Notes: a model not told the origin generated them from the sequence alone. A DNA stretch of 63,327 nt, filler included, from Saprolegnia diclina VS20 (GCF_000281045.1; 4 parts of 2 records of this genome joined end to end with filler, not necessarily neighbours in it), one strand, 5' to 3'. Numbered from the whole stretch's first letter, positions 11,982-24,073 are shown. Program-made: numbers and translations.

Positions 11982-11996
11982 TTGGATGCCACATCA
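11982..11996 (-). promoter_or_regulatory. Putative cis-element TGATGTGGCA(TCCAA)
   Basis: The 15-mer TTGGATGCCACATCA is repeated exactly at 12651-12665. Its core 10-mer also occurs at 18567-18576. Confidence 0.5.
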
Positions 11997-12650
11997 CAGA
12001 CACCAGCTTCGGTACTGCTCGCCGGCGTGCTTGGCCAGTGTAGCTCGCCGGATCTGGGTGACGATGCCGTACTCGATGCACAGCGTATGAAGAAGGAGAC
12101 TGGAGGAACTGTACGTTGGGTCAACTTGGCCGTTTTGGTGACAATGTGAGATAGTATGTGTTAAGCGGCAACAGATAAGAGCTGGTACGACGCACGAGCA
12201 GTCGGTCCGTGATCACTCGAGGAATAAAAGGCAAGAACGAGCTGGTGCTGCAAGACCGACTACGAACGACGTGGGTTCTTGTCGCTACGCTGTGTTTGCA
12301 CTGTCTGCACCCTGATCAGAGATGGGCGCCTTCGCACGTACCCCGAGCTCCACGCGTGAGGATGTGGTCGCGATGTGGCCTTGACCACTCTGTTTTCTCT
12401 TGACCAGCATCTGTTTGCTCGTAATTATCTTGTTCAAGTACATGTCCACCGGTGGCGGTGGGACGCGATGCTTTCCTCGGCTTGAAATTGGTCAAGAAAA
12501 TCTCGATATAGCACTACATGCATCCAAAAAAGTCTATCGACTCATTTCACGCTCCACACAGGGTTCGGAGGTGCGAGGGTCTGCGGGTTGCCGTCGAGAT
12601 GTTAGCATTTCTGTCTTATTTAAGCGAATTAGCTGTCGCGAGCGCTCTGA

Positions 12651-12665
12651 TTGGATGCCACATCA
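12651..12665 (-). promoter_or_regulatory. Putative cis-element, second copy
   Basis: Identical to 11982-11996. Followed by the related CACGTGGCA (12686-12694) and CATGTGGCG (12707-12715). Confidence 0.5.
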
Positions 12666-12986
12666 TTCAAGACATCACTGTCCGTCACGTGGCACGCGAT
12701 TGGTTCCATGTGGCGTCACTCGACGACCTCGCCGTGGCAAGGACCTGTTGCACATTGTACTGGTGTTAGCTATGATTCCCAACGCGTGTTGGTGGTAATG
12801 AAGGAGAGGATGTCCTGGTAACCTCGTCGTCACGCTGTCCACGGCGCTGTGGCTGACTGAATTTGAACCACGTGCTCTGGTCAGACTCGACCACGGGCGC
12901 ACCCACGTGATCGCTGCGCCGTCCGAAGATGAGCTGCCGTGGGACGAGCAAAAGGATGTGGGCAAAATTTCAAACTTGGTATCTTT

Positions 12987-13004
12987 CTCACTTTTCAATT
13001 TGCC
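12987..13004 (+). promoter_or_regulatory. INR/FPR core promoter
   Basis: CTCACTTTTCAATTTGCC just before ATG 13010. The same 17-mer precedes the LPMO gene (29791-29807). Confidence 0.7.
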
Positions 13005-13009
13005 TCGCC

Positions 13010-15163
13010 ATGGCCGAGTACACTGCAATGATGAGCCCGTCCGGGTGCGCGCCGGACGCTGCGGCGCCTCGGAAGCGGTACCTCAACATCGCAATCTCCA
13101 ACGACAACGAGCAAGGTCCGTCGTTCCTGTATCCTGCCAAAGACTGCGGCTACGAGAACGTCCGCGCGGCCTCGGAGGAAATCGACGCGATCCGTGTGAC
13201 GCTCAACCGCCCCAAAAAGCTCCTCGGTGAGTGGCGCTCGACTGCTATCTCGGGCAACGACCTCCTCGGCAGTTGCCTCTACTCGGCTGGTCTCGTCGCT
13301 GCGTCGGCCGGGTACCTTGCGCCCATCGGCTTTCTCCTCGTCTCGCTCGTGCTCTACGTCTTCCGCTTCATCTACGAAGAAGTCGTGACAGCCTTTCCGC
13401 TCAACGGCGGCTCGTACAACTGCCTCCTCAACACCACATCGAAGCGGTTTGCGGCGATTGCGGCCTGTATGAGCATCCTCTCGTACCTCGCAACCGCGGT
13501 TGTCTCGGCCACGTCGGCGACCTTTTACTTTCAGTCGCAGTTCTCAGAGCTCCCCGTCCTCGGCACCTCCATCGGGATCCTCGGGCTGTTTGCCATCTTG
13601 AACATCATTGGCATTGGCGAGTCGGCGGTCGTCGCGCTCATCATCTTTAGCTTTCACGTGCTGACGCTCACGATGCTCGTGGTCGTCAGCGCCATCTACA
13701 TGGTATTCCATCCCTTTGTTTTCGACTGTGTCTAATATTGCCATCTCTAGTTCAAGCACCCGGATATTATCCGAGACAACTTCCACACGGCGCTGCCCAA
13801 CGTTGACTTCGCCGGCAACATCATCACGGGCAACATCGCGACTGCGCTTTTCTTTGGCTTTTCGTCGGCGATGCTCGGCGTCACGGGGTTTGAAACCTCG
13901 TCCAACTTTGTCGAGAGCCAGCAGCCGGGCGTCTTCCGCAAGACGATGCGGGTACGTCCATCGATAACATGACATTTATGTCCACACCTCACAGTACTAT
14001 GCTAGAACATGTGGGGTTTTGCGACCGTCTACAACCCGATTCTGTCACTTTTGAGTCTCGGTGTGCTCCCGCTGCACAGCAAAGACGGGCTCCTGGCCTT
14101 CCGGAGCACGGTGCTGGCGCAAATGGGCTACATTGCTGGCGGCAAGTGGCTCCAGCTCTGGGTCGCCATCGACGCGCTCATCGTGCTGGCAGCCGGTGTC
14201 CTCACGTCGTACGTCGGCATCACGGGTCTCATCCGGCGCCTCAGCAACGACCGCGTCGTGCCCGCCTTCCTCACGCACGAGAACAAGTGCCGCGGCACGC
14301 CGCACTGGATCTCGATCCTCTTCTTCATCGTGAGCGCGAGTCTTGTCTTGGTCCTCAACGCGGACGCGACGATCCTCGGCGGTGTCTTCACCTTTGCATT
14401 CCTCTCGATGATGATCCTCTTTGGCGCCGGCTGCATCACGCTCAAGCTCAAGCGCCAAGACATTCCGCGCGACGTCCACGCGCCGTGGTGGGCGTGTATC
14501 CTCGGTGTCACCATGGTCGGTATCGGGTATTTCTGCCAGCTCCTCGGCAACCCGCAAGTGCTGGTGTACTTTTTCCTCTACTTTATCGTGATTGCCGGCG
14601 TCGTCTTTGGCATGGTCGAGCGCATTGCGATTCTCCGCCTCTTTATCTTTGTCATCAACGTCGGTTGCGGGAAGAGTAAGAGCAAGCCGACGACAACAAC
14701 GACGCCCGATGTGCTCGAGAGCAGCCAGCCGACCAAGGTCCGGTTCTTTGAGAGCGAGAACCACCGCGTCGCCAAGCTCACGCAGGCCATCAAGACGATG
14801 AACGAGCGCCCGATGATCTTCTTTGTGAAGGCGCCCAACCTCACGACGATGAACAAGGCCATCATGTACGTCCGCCGTAACGAAATCACGCAGCACCTTC
14901 GGTTTGTACACGTGTACGCGGACGAGACGGACGCGAATTTGGCGGCGATCCAGGAGATGCGCGACATGGTCACGCTCTTCGACTCGATTTACCCCAAACT
15001 CCGCATGGACTTTTTGTCGGTGGTCGGGAACTTCGACCCGGCCATGATCCAGTGGATTGCGCAAGAGTACGACGTGCCGACCAACATGATGTTCATCAAG
15101 CAGCCGAGCAACCTCGCTGCGCACAAGGTCTCGTCGCGCGGTGTTCGCGTCATCACGGGCTAA
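13010..15163 (+). CDS. APC-superfamily amino-acid permease (copy 1)
   Basis: Motifs ISGNDLLGSCLY, FPLNGGSYNCLLN and GVTGFETSSNF, about 12 TM segments and a soluble C-terminal domain. Introns 13703-13750 and 13952-14005. Confidence 0.92.
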
Positions 15164-15627
15164 ATGGACAGACGGATGATGTCGAAAGACGACATTAATT
15201 CCATAGTAATACAATTATAACGAGAAATTCATACAAGGTCAATGGACAATACCATTGCGTGGATCTTCCTCGTGGTTTTTGTCCCATTTGATGGGCGAAC
15301 TAGGGTAGCATCACTGAATACTAGCAGTCGGGAATTGAAGTGGCACGTCTCCAAGGGTGGATGCTGCGTCCGCGCTTGAGCTTATCACGACTCGTACTCG
15401 ATTGAAAAGGTCCATGCGCCAGTAGTCGCTTGAATCGTTTAGTCGGTGGACGATGTGGCACCAAATAGTCGTTCGATTTTGTGGGCACATCCTTGCCAAA
15501 AGATCAAGCGGCAGCTGACCAATCGCAGACGCCGGCTAAAGATAGCTGCGCATGGATTGGTCCATGCGCACCAATGGCATCGCGGCTGGGGAATCCGGCT
15601 CTGGAGTTGGGCATTGGAGCTTTTGCC

Positions 15628-17856
15628 ATGTCGAACGACTACGGCGAGATGGAGTCGCCGACGGTGGTCACGCTGCCACCTGAGGTTCCGCCCACGGGCC
15701 CGAAGCGGTACCTCAACATCGTCATCTCCAACGACAACGAGCAAGGCCCATCCTTCCTCTACCCAACCAAGGACTGCGGCTACGAGAACGTCACCGCGCC
15801 GCCCGACGCGATCGCCGCCATCCGCGCGTCGCAGAGCCAGCCCAAGCACTTGCTCGGCGAGTGGCGTTCGACCGCTATCTCGGGTAATGATCTCCTCGGC
15901 AGCTGTCTCTACTCGGCGGGCGTCGTGGCTGCATCTGCCGGGTACCTTGCGCCTATCGGCTTTTTCCTCGTCTCGCTCGTGCTGTACGTTTTCCGCTTCA
16001 TCTACGAAGAAGTCGTGACGGCCTTTCCGCTCAACGGCGGCTCGTACAACTGCCTCCTCAACACCACATCGAAGCGGTTTGCAGCCGTGGCGGCGTGCCT
16101 GAGCATTCTCTCGTACCTCGCAACCGCGGTTGTCTCGGCCACGTCGGCTGCCTCCTACTTCAAGTACGAGGTAAAGCTCTGCTACGCTTGAACGATACCT
16201 ATCTGCGATGGCCTTTAGTACCCGGATCTGCCGCTCCTGGCGACGTCGATTGGGATTCTTGCGCTCTTTGCGATCTTGAACATCATTGGCATTGGCGAGT
16301 CCTCGGTCGTCGCGCTCTTCATCTTTAGCTTTCACGTGCTGACGCTCACGGTGCTCGTGGTCGTCAGCACCATCTACACGGTATTCCATCCACTTTTTGA
16401 ATGTGTCGAATATTGTCATTTCTAGTTCAAGCACCCGGACATTCTCAAAGACAACTACCACCAGCCATTGCCCGACGTCAACTTTGCAGGCAATTTTATC
16501 ACGGGCAACGTCGCGACTGCGCTTTTCTTTGGCTTTTCGTCGGCGATGCTCGGCGTCACGGGGTTTGAAACCTCGTCCAACTTTGTCGAAGAGCAGCAAC
16601 CAGGCGTCTTTCGCAAGACGATGCGGGTACGTCCATCGATAACATGACATTTATGTCCACACCTCACTGTGACTATGCTAGAACATGTGGGCGTTTGCGA
16701 CCGTCTACAACATCCTCTTGTCGCTTTTGAGTCTCGGCGTCCTTCCGCTCAACGCGCCGGATGGTCTCCTGGCCAACGAGAGTACCGTGCTGGCGCAAAT
16801 GGGCTACATTGCCGGTGGCAAGTGGCTCCAGCTCTGGATCGCCATCGATGCACTTGTCGTGCTCGCGGCCGGTGTCCTCACGTCCTTCGTCGGCATCACA
16901 GGTCTCATCCTCCGTCTCAGCAACGACCGCGTCATGCCCGCCTTCCTCACGAACCAAAACGCGTGCCGAAGCACGCCACACTGGATCTCGATCCTCTTCT
17001 TCATCGTGAGCGCGAGCCTCATCCTCGTCCTCGACGCCAACATCAAGATCCTCGGCGGTGTCTTCACCTTTGCATTCCTCTCGATGATGTTCCTCTTTGG
17101 CGCCGGCTGCATCACGCTCAAGCTCAAACGCCAAGACATTCCGCGCGACGTGCAGGCGCCGTGGTGGGCGTGTATCCTCGGTGTCACCATGGTCGGTATC
17201 GGGTATTTCTGCCAGCTCCTCGGCAACCCGCAAGTGCTGGTGTACTTTTTCCTCTACTTTATCGTGATTGCAACGGTTGTCTTTGGCATGGTCGAGCGTG
17301 TCGCGATCTTGCGCGTACTCATCCTCGTCGTCAACCTCGTGTGCGGCAGCGATAGGCGCGAGCCGTCGTCGCTGTCCAAGGGCCGGTACTTTGAGCGCGA
17401 GAGCAACCGTGTCGCCAAGCTCACGCAGGCCATCAAGGACATCAACGAGCGCCCGATGATCTTCTTTGTGAAAGCACCGCGCCTCACGACGATGAACAAG
17501 GCCATCATGTACGTCCGCGCCAACGAAATCACGCAGCACCTCCGGTTTGTGCACATGTACGCGGACGAGACTGACGCGAATTTGGCGGCGATCCAAGAGA
17601 TGCGCGACATGGTCACGCTCTTCGACAGCATGTACCCCAAGCTCCAGTAGGCTCTCCAAGTCTGCGAACACCGCGCCGACAATGACGTTTCCGTAGGATG
17701 GACTTTATCTCGATCCACGGCGCGTTTGACCCGGCGATGATCGAGTGGATTGCGCGCGAGTACGACATCCCGACCAATACCATGTTCATCAAGCAGCCGA
17801 GCAACCTCGCTGCGCACAAGGTCTCGTCGCGCGGCGTCCGCGTCATTACGGGCTGA
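15628..17856 (+). CDS. APC-superfamily amino-acid permease (copy 2, tandem paralog)
   Basis: Same motifs as copy 1. Introns 16171-16218, 16381-16425, 16627-16681 and 17647-17696 restore an intact frame ending RVITG*. Confidence 0.92.
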
Positions 17857-18566
17857 GGAGCTCAAAGCACGAAAGGCCGATCGAATAGCGTATGGACTCG
17901 TCGCTCTACTTGTGGCTAGTTTCGACTAAAACAGGCAAAACGTGGTGTAGTATGGCTCTTATGTGTGGCACGTTGGCATAAATGTGGTTAGTTGTGGCAC
18001 CACACGACAATGTTGTCCGGCGGCTAGGTATGCTGCGACTAATATCGCGCCCGACCGGTTTGTAAACATAGCAAGAGGTGCACTGGAGTTGTACGTGCAA
18101 ATGGGACAGACCGTGCACCGGTGGACGCGACTCGGCGCGGTTATCGGCGCCAATTGGCAGACAGAGTGGATGCGTCGAGCCAATCATCGTCGCGGAGCCT
18201 TCGCCCTTGCTGCTTGGCACGTGTGATACGACGTGGGACATGCGAGGCGCCCATGGCGCCAGCGCGCGTGGAGATTGCAGCCGAATCTGATTGCCATTCT
18301 TATCACAGAAAACGTCTGTCCTTACGTCGCAGCTTCAAGTGGACTGCACGTCCAGAGGATTCGACCGTACGAGTACTACTACAAGGACGTCCAAAGCCGC
18401 GGCCGCGCGATGCGATAAACAAGTAGCTTGCATTGCTCCGGGGCAAAGATGGCGGCGCGCAGCCTTTTTTTAACGCGCCCGTCACATGAGATTCAAGGCT
18501 TGAATCTGCAGATGCCAGTTGGACGACCGACGAACGTTGTTTCCTTCTACGCAGTGCATGGCACCT

Positions 18567-18576
18567 TGATGTGGCA
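18567..18576 (+). promoter_or_regulatory. Putative cis-element TGATGTGGCA
   Basis: Exact core about 170 nt upstream of ATG 18747, in the same orientation relative to the gene as for copy A. Confidence 0.5.
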
Positions 18577-18695
18577 CGGCTCTAGGTTTTGTATACACTT
18601 TTCTATACGAGTGTTTACAAATTGGGCTCGCCCTTTTTCTTCGCCACGTCTCACGAACCACTTCAACGTGCGCCACTTAGCACCGCGGGCACTTG

Positions 18696-18713
18696 GTCAC
18701 TTAACAATTTGCC
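18696..18713 (+). promoter_or_regulatory. INR/FPR core promoter
   Basis: GTCACTTAACAATTTGCC ends about 33 nt upstream of ATG 18747. Confidence 0.6.
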
Positions 18714-18746
18714 TCGTCCGCAGCAACCAACACCAATTTCGACACC

Positions 18747-19058
18747 ATGGCTGGCAGCAAGCACCCGAACCCGACGTCGGTCGAACTCCTTTGCCAAGCC
18801 AAGAAGCAGCGCTGCGTGAGCCAGAAGCAGCTCGAGAGCAACCGCGCGCGCTCCAAGAAGTACTATGAAGAGCACCGCGAGCACGTCCTTGCGAAGCTCC
18901 GCGCCAACTACCTCGAGAACCGCGAGAAGGAGCGGTTGCGCCAGCGGGAAAAGTACCTCCGCCTCAAGGCCCGCAAGATGCTCGAAGAGCAGCAGGCGCG
19001 CGCCGCGGCCACGTCGCCCCTCGACATCCGCCTTTGCGTCTCGTTCATCCTCAACTAG
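18747..19058 (+). CDS. Small basic helical protein, putative DNA-binding repressor (copy B)
   Basis: 103 aa: QKQLESNRARSKKYYEEHREHVLAKLRANYLENREKERLRQREKYLRLKARK...LCVSFILN*. It has its own INR/FPR and is a paralog of copy A. Confidence 0.85.
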   Translation: MAGSKHPNPTSVELLCQAKKQRCVSQKQLESNRARSKKYYEEHREHVLAKLRANYLENREKERLRQREKYLRLKARKMLEEQQARAAATSPLDIRLCVSFILN

Positions 19059-20002
19059 ATAGCCCTCGATAGAAGTAGCGATAGAAGCAGCGTATTATAC
19101 TATTTAATCTATATTGTCCTTAGCAATCGACGGGCATGTTCTTCGTTTCGACGGTGCGGCGGCGACGCCCACCCATGATGCGTGTCCGAACAGGTACAAC
19201 CGGTCGCCCCTCCCACCATGCACCAACTTGCATGTGCATCCAAGGTGGTTGTCTTCGGGGAGCGGTTCCGCTCGCTTTGCTGCTGAAGCCGCTCGGCCTC
19301 TCGCCGGAGAGCGTTCCTCAGCCACGCTCCGGAATCAGGACCAAGCGCCAACCCATCATGTCGCGCGCCAACAAACCGCCTAGCGTCGTCGTACCGACTT
19401 CAACTTGAACGTCGTCCATGTGTGTATGTGGGTACCTCTAGCTATTGCCGTGCTACTTCCCTCTCGGACGTACAGACACGCGGGCAATTTGATAATGGCG
19501 AAGATTCCATTGCTCCATACAGTCGGCTTGGCGCAGAGCCTTAGAAATGCACGGGTCCGCCACCATGCTTGCCATTCCTGAAGGTGTCGACGTTCACATA
19601 CATAACGCACGTCAAGTGTATCCAGGATCACCGTCTTTCCGAGACCGCCTTTCCGGCAATCGAGTCGCTGTTTGCTCAAACACGCAGCGCGACCGCAAGC
19701 GCCCACAAGACTCTTCCCGTGGACGCATGCACCAGCTGGTATACCTGATTACAAGTCGCGTCCGACTGCTTTCTTCTCGCGAACGCGGAGCATCTGAGAA
19801 CGCCATAGGGAGTGGCTGGGGCGCAGGGGCATAGTAGCCGGACCCGTGCCCTCCACAAATCTCATGCAGGTGGGCCAGGTGTTTCCACCTGTACTACACC
19901 ACACCGTAGGACACGGACTCGTCCACCGCACTGCAGATTTAGTCGCCGACGCCGTCCCGAAGAGAACTAATGATTCCGTGCTTCTAGCGTTGCGACTCTG
20001 TA

Positions 20003-21424
20003 CTACGGTGTGGCGGCAAGGAAGCGAACGTTGAGAAAAGCAACGAGAATGAGGCGCTTGCCCTCGGTGACGGGCGCCGCGCCGTGCACAACACGCCCGC
20101 TGTGCACCACGACGTCGCCTTGCTCGATGTGAACCTACTCGCGTCGTCAACGAAAGCGATTCAGTCGTCGGTAGAAGTACCGTTGTCTGTGTTGGGGCAA
20201 AGAACGTGCCGCCACCCACAAAGTCGGTGCGTTTGTTGAGAAGCACGTTGAACGAGAGGACCGAGCCGTCGCAGTGCAGTGCGAGATCCCGCTGGGCGTC
20301 CTGCGCCGCCTCGTACTTGACGAAAAAGAGATCTCGAAACGACAGGCGTGTTGACGCTGGGAGCTGGAAGCGCGAGAGAAGCAACGGGAAGAGTCGGTCG
20401 CTACCAGAATGCCATAGAATCTGGTACGGCAACCAGAAGTCGACGAACGCACCACAATGTGTCTTGGACCCAGTAGTGCTCACTTCGAGGAAGGCAGTAG
20501 CTCGGAAGGTCCGTCGTCGGGTACGACGTATGCCGCGTCGTGTGCCACCCCGTTACGCGCGTCGTTGCCTCGAGCTGACTCAGCACGTGCTCACATTCGG
20601 CTTGCGACCAGATTCTGGGAAAAATGCATGGCGTTGCCAACGCGTCTGGTACCTAGTCCGATTCAGACGTGCCACATTGATTGCGTTCGCACCGACAAAC
20701 TTGCTTGGTAGCGCGCCGCAGCTACTGCTTGCGCAGCCTGCTTGCGCTTCTGCAGCGACGCGACGTCGTACAGTGTCGCAGCATGGCACGCCTAATAGCA
20801 TCATCCATCGCTAAGTTGGCTGTACGATTGCGCGGTACGCACCTGCAAACGACCGATGAGGTCCATGGAGCCACCGTGGAGCTGTGCCAAGTGCACGGGC
20901 AGGTGGCCATCCAAGTCGGCGATCGCTGCAAGCGATGAGTCGGCTTCCAGAAGCAGCTGCACGAGGCCCACATTGCCGCGGAGAACGGCAAGATGCAAGG
21001 GCGTGCGCCCGCCCGACTGAATGTGCCCCACAACGCTCAAGTCCTCGGTCTGGAGACGCACGCCAATGCCCTCGATAGCGAGCAACGTTTGCGCCAACGG
21101 GTCCATGTCTGCGTCGACAGCGTAGTGCAGCGCTGCGTAGCCGTGGTTGTCGATGGCATTGACATTCACAGGTATCCTCGCACGCGCCGCGAGCACCTAA
21201 TAGCGCAGACGGAGTGGCATCGTCGTCGATGGATGCTCCGAGACTTGTACCTCCAGCGCCAGGTCTTCGTCGTACATGGAGGCGGCAAAGAGCAGCGCGT
21301 CCTGGCCCATCACCTGTAGCGGGCGGTCCATATGGACATCCGCCGAGCGCACGATGCGCTCGAGCGTCTCAACCGCCGTGCTGAGCGTCGCGAGGCCCGC
21401 CCAAGCTTCCGGCGACACCGTCAT
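20003..21424 (-). CDS. Ankyrin-repeat + 2OG-Fe(II) prolyl/lysyl-hydroxylase-like protein (multi-exon)
   Basis: Ankyrin repeats GYAALHYAV, GRTPLHLAVLRG and GHLPVHLA. Oxygenase motifs DLFFVKYE, LALHCDGS (HxD), FVGGGTFF, HSGRVVHG (distal His) and KRLILVAF. ATG 21424; TAG 20003-20005. Confidence 0.82.
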
Positions 21425-22203
21425 GCTCGAAAACCTCTCGCAAACTATAGTGCAACTTGGGTACCTTTCTTGCCCATACAAACAGCCATAGGTTTTCTCA
21501 CGACAGGCGTGTCAATGAACAGGCGCAAGGCCTCTCGCTGCCTCATCTGCGCCGATAGCACCGCTGTATGCACTGCTGCATTCGTAGGGCCAACACAGGG
21601 CCCAACACCATATCCGCAGCTTGCTACATCCGTCCGAGTCCCACCGGCAGCGACCACGTTGACAACCAGAATGGTAGACAGCGGAGGATTCGTCACCGGC
21701 GCGTGTCGTCGCCGCGTTCAAGTAGCTCCAACGCTGCCTCTACGTGCCCGCTGGTCCCATCTGCGTTATCCGTCGCATGCATGTCGGAAGCTTCATGCCT
21801 CTGCGCCCAAGTCTTCTTCGTCTCTTTGGCGCCTGCATCCTCAAGCTCCGTGGCGTTTTGCACGCAAACATGCAACGCCGGCACGTCCCGCATTTCTCTA
21901 CCTTGGGTGGCGGCGCCATGGGATACGAGGGCGCTGCACTGCGCCAAGCGTCGAGGGAGTTCCGTACGTCGTCTCAAAATCGCTGATGGTGGGTTGGCGC
22001 CAAAACCCTCTTTGTTTCGATAAAATATTTGATATGGGAGGTATGCGGTCTAAGCAGGTCTCGCATGTGATTGGTGGAAACCCATGACTGGTGCGTAGGA
22101 GCGTTTGAAATGTATTGGATTTTGACTGGTGGCGCGGTCGCTGGGTTTGGGTCTCGAGCTCAAACGATTCCGCTCACTCGGATTCCCAACTCATCTTCTG
22201 AAA

Positions 22204-22532
22204 ATGGTACGTCGAGCGCACTGGCCGAGGTCGCAGCCGCTCACTCCTGCCTGTAGACCAAGGGTACCTCTAGTTACGGTAAGCGCCACAACAAGACCCA
22301 CACGATCTGCAGACGTTGTGGCAAGTCGTCGTACCACATCCAGAAGAGCACGTGTGGTTCGTGCGGCTACCCGGCCGCCAAGATGCGCAAGTACAACTGG
22401 TCGGCCAAGGCGCTTCGCCGCCGCACCACGGGCACGGGCCGCATGCGCTACTTGAAGACCGTCCCGCGCAAGTTCAAGAACGGCTTCCGTGAGGGCACGA
22501 AGGCTGTCTCGAAGAAGGCCGCCACCAACTAA
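22204..22532 (+). CDS. RPL37: 60S ribosomal protein L37 (eL37)
   Basis: ATG, intron 22207-22256, then [67 protein letters not shown]. Missed by the ORF track. Confidence 0.98.
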
Positions 22533-22984
22533 ATGTGCTGCTTGCCCATGAAACCAGAGTTGGTCGGAGGAGACGACGTCGCGAGGCCAAGGCGCTGTGT
22601 GCTGCTTCGTGGCGCGCTGCAAGTTGACTGTCTCAATATCGAATCTCTTCCATTATGGAACCCCGAGAACCTCGTTCGTCCGTCTTCCCGTCGCAGGCCC
22701 GTAGGTGCCATTCGCCTACGCCGTCCCCATGGCGAGGCAAAGGTCGCGCCAAGCCAAAGGCCGCTCGCGCCGCACGTAGGATCACAGGCAGGAACCAGAT
22801 GCAGCAGCCAACTCAACAGGTCCACGCACACTTGGTGGCGAGAGTCTCCATCGCGTTGCATGCAAATGGCGTGACGAACTGGACGCTCAGCGCCGTAGGA
22901 GACAAAGTACAAGTCGAATAGATTTGGATTCAAAACACCTCGCAGGACGCAGGTTGCCATGCGGAGACGCCGCTTGGCTTTGGT

Positions 22985-24073
22985 TCATTTCTCTTCGCCA
23001 AAGGTCTCGAGGATGCTCGCATGGAGGCGCTCCATGGCGCTCGAGACCTTCTCGAGGAGCTCGGCGTCCTCTGTCTCCCGCATCTCCTTCTCTTCGAGGT
23101 ACTGGTTGTACAAGGCGACGATCGTCTCGATGTGGGCGCTCTGCTTTCGCTCCGTCTAGATTGCCGTCGCATGCACGCGACCAAGGTTCACTCGTTCGTA
23201 CCTGGCGGTCGTCGGTGCGCATCGTGGCGTGAATGGCCTCTTGCAACGCGACGAATGTCGAGACGCGCCGGTCCTTTTCATCCCCGAACGCCTGTGCGGT
23301 CTTGCGCTCGTGGCCCTCGACCTGTGACGTCATCTTCTTCTCGCGCTTGAGGAGCTTGGTGTTGTCAATGTCGAACGTCTCGTGGGACTTTTCCAGCCGC
23401 CTTGTGATCGTGCCTTGGAGCGCTTCAATGATATTGGGCACAGTCACTTGGATGAACTCGTCGAAGAGCACTTGCACGTTGTTCTCGCGCGCCTCTTCGT
23501 TCGCGATCGTCTCGTCTAGCCGACCGTTGAACGCAGCGTTCGTCTTGGCCTCCATCTCGGCATACGCGTCGTCAAAAGCCGACGTGAACGAGGCCTGCAC
23601 ATCCTCCTCTTCAACGACTCGTGCAGGATGACGCAGTCAGTACCTTGAGCATCGCAATCGACTCGTCGCGCTGCCGCGTCTCGTCCGCCAGCTTGACTTC
23701 AAAGTGGTGGCCGCGTGTCAGAATTGCATCCTACATGAGCACATCAGCTGCGGTCGCACACAGCGATGTCGGCGTACAAACTGCCGCTGGATCTCGACGT
23801 TGCGGATATGCGTCGCGTCCTTGAGCTCGTCCATGTCCTCCTCGAGGTTCTCCTCGGCGGTCTCGATGAGCTCGGTGCGCTTGGACTCGAGGAGGCCATC
23901 CAGCGGCGGTTGGATCTACGTGGCGTCGCCATGAGCTGCCGGTGGCCATGCCCACAGCGCCCTACCACGCGCAGGAGCGGTCCATTGGGCGCGGCGATCG
24001 TCTCGTTGAACTTCTCGCGGTACGCCTGGAAGCCGCCATCGTCAGGCTCGGCCGCGACTTCTCGACTGCTCAT
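22985..24073 (-). CDS. Coiled-coil protein, SF-assemblin/beta-giardin-like (multi-exon)
   Basis: Short Pro-containing head, long acidic coiled coil and C-terminus EEKEMRETEDAELLEKVSSAMERLHASILETFGEEK*, resembling striated-fibre assemblins. Confidence 0.6.

Noticed and set aside
17647..17650. Apparent premature stop in permease copy 2
   Set aside because: The TAG lies in a 50-nt GT-AG intron; splicing restores KLQMD.
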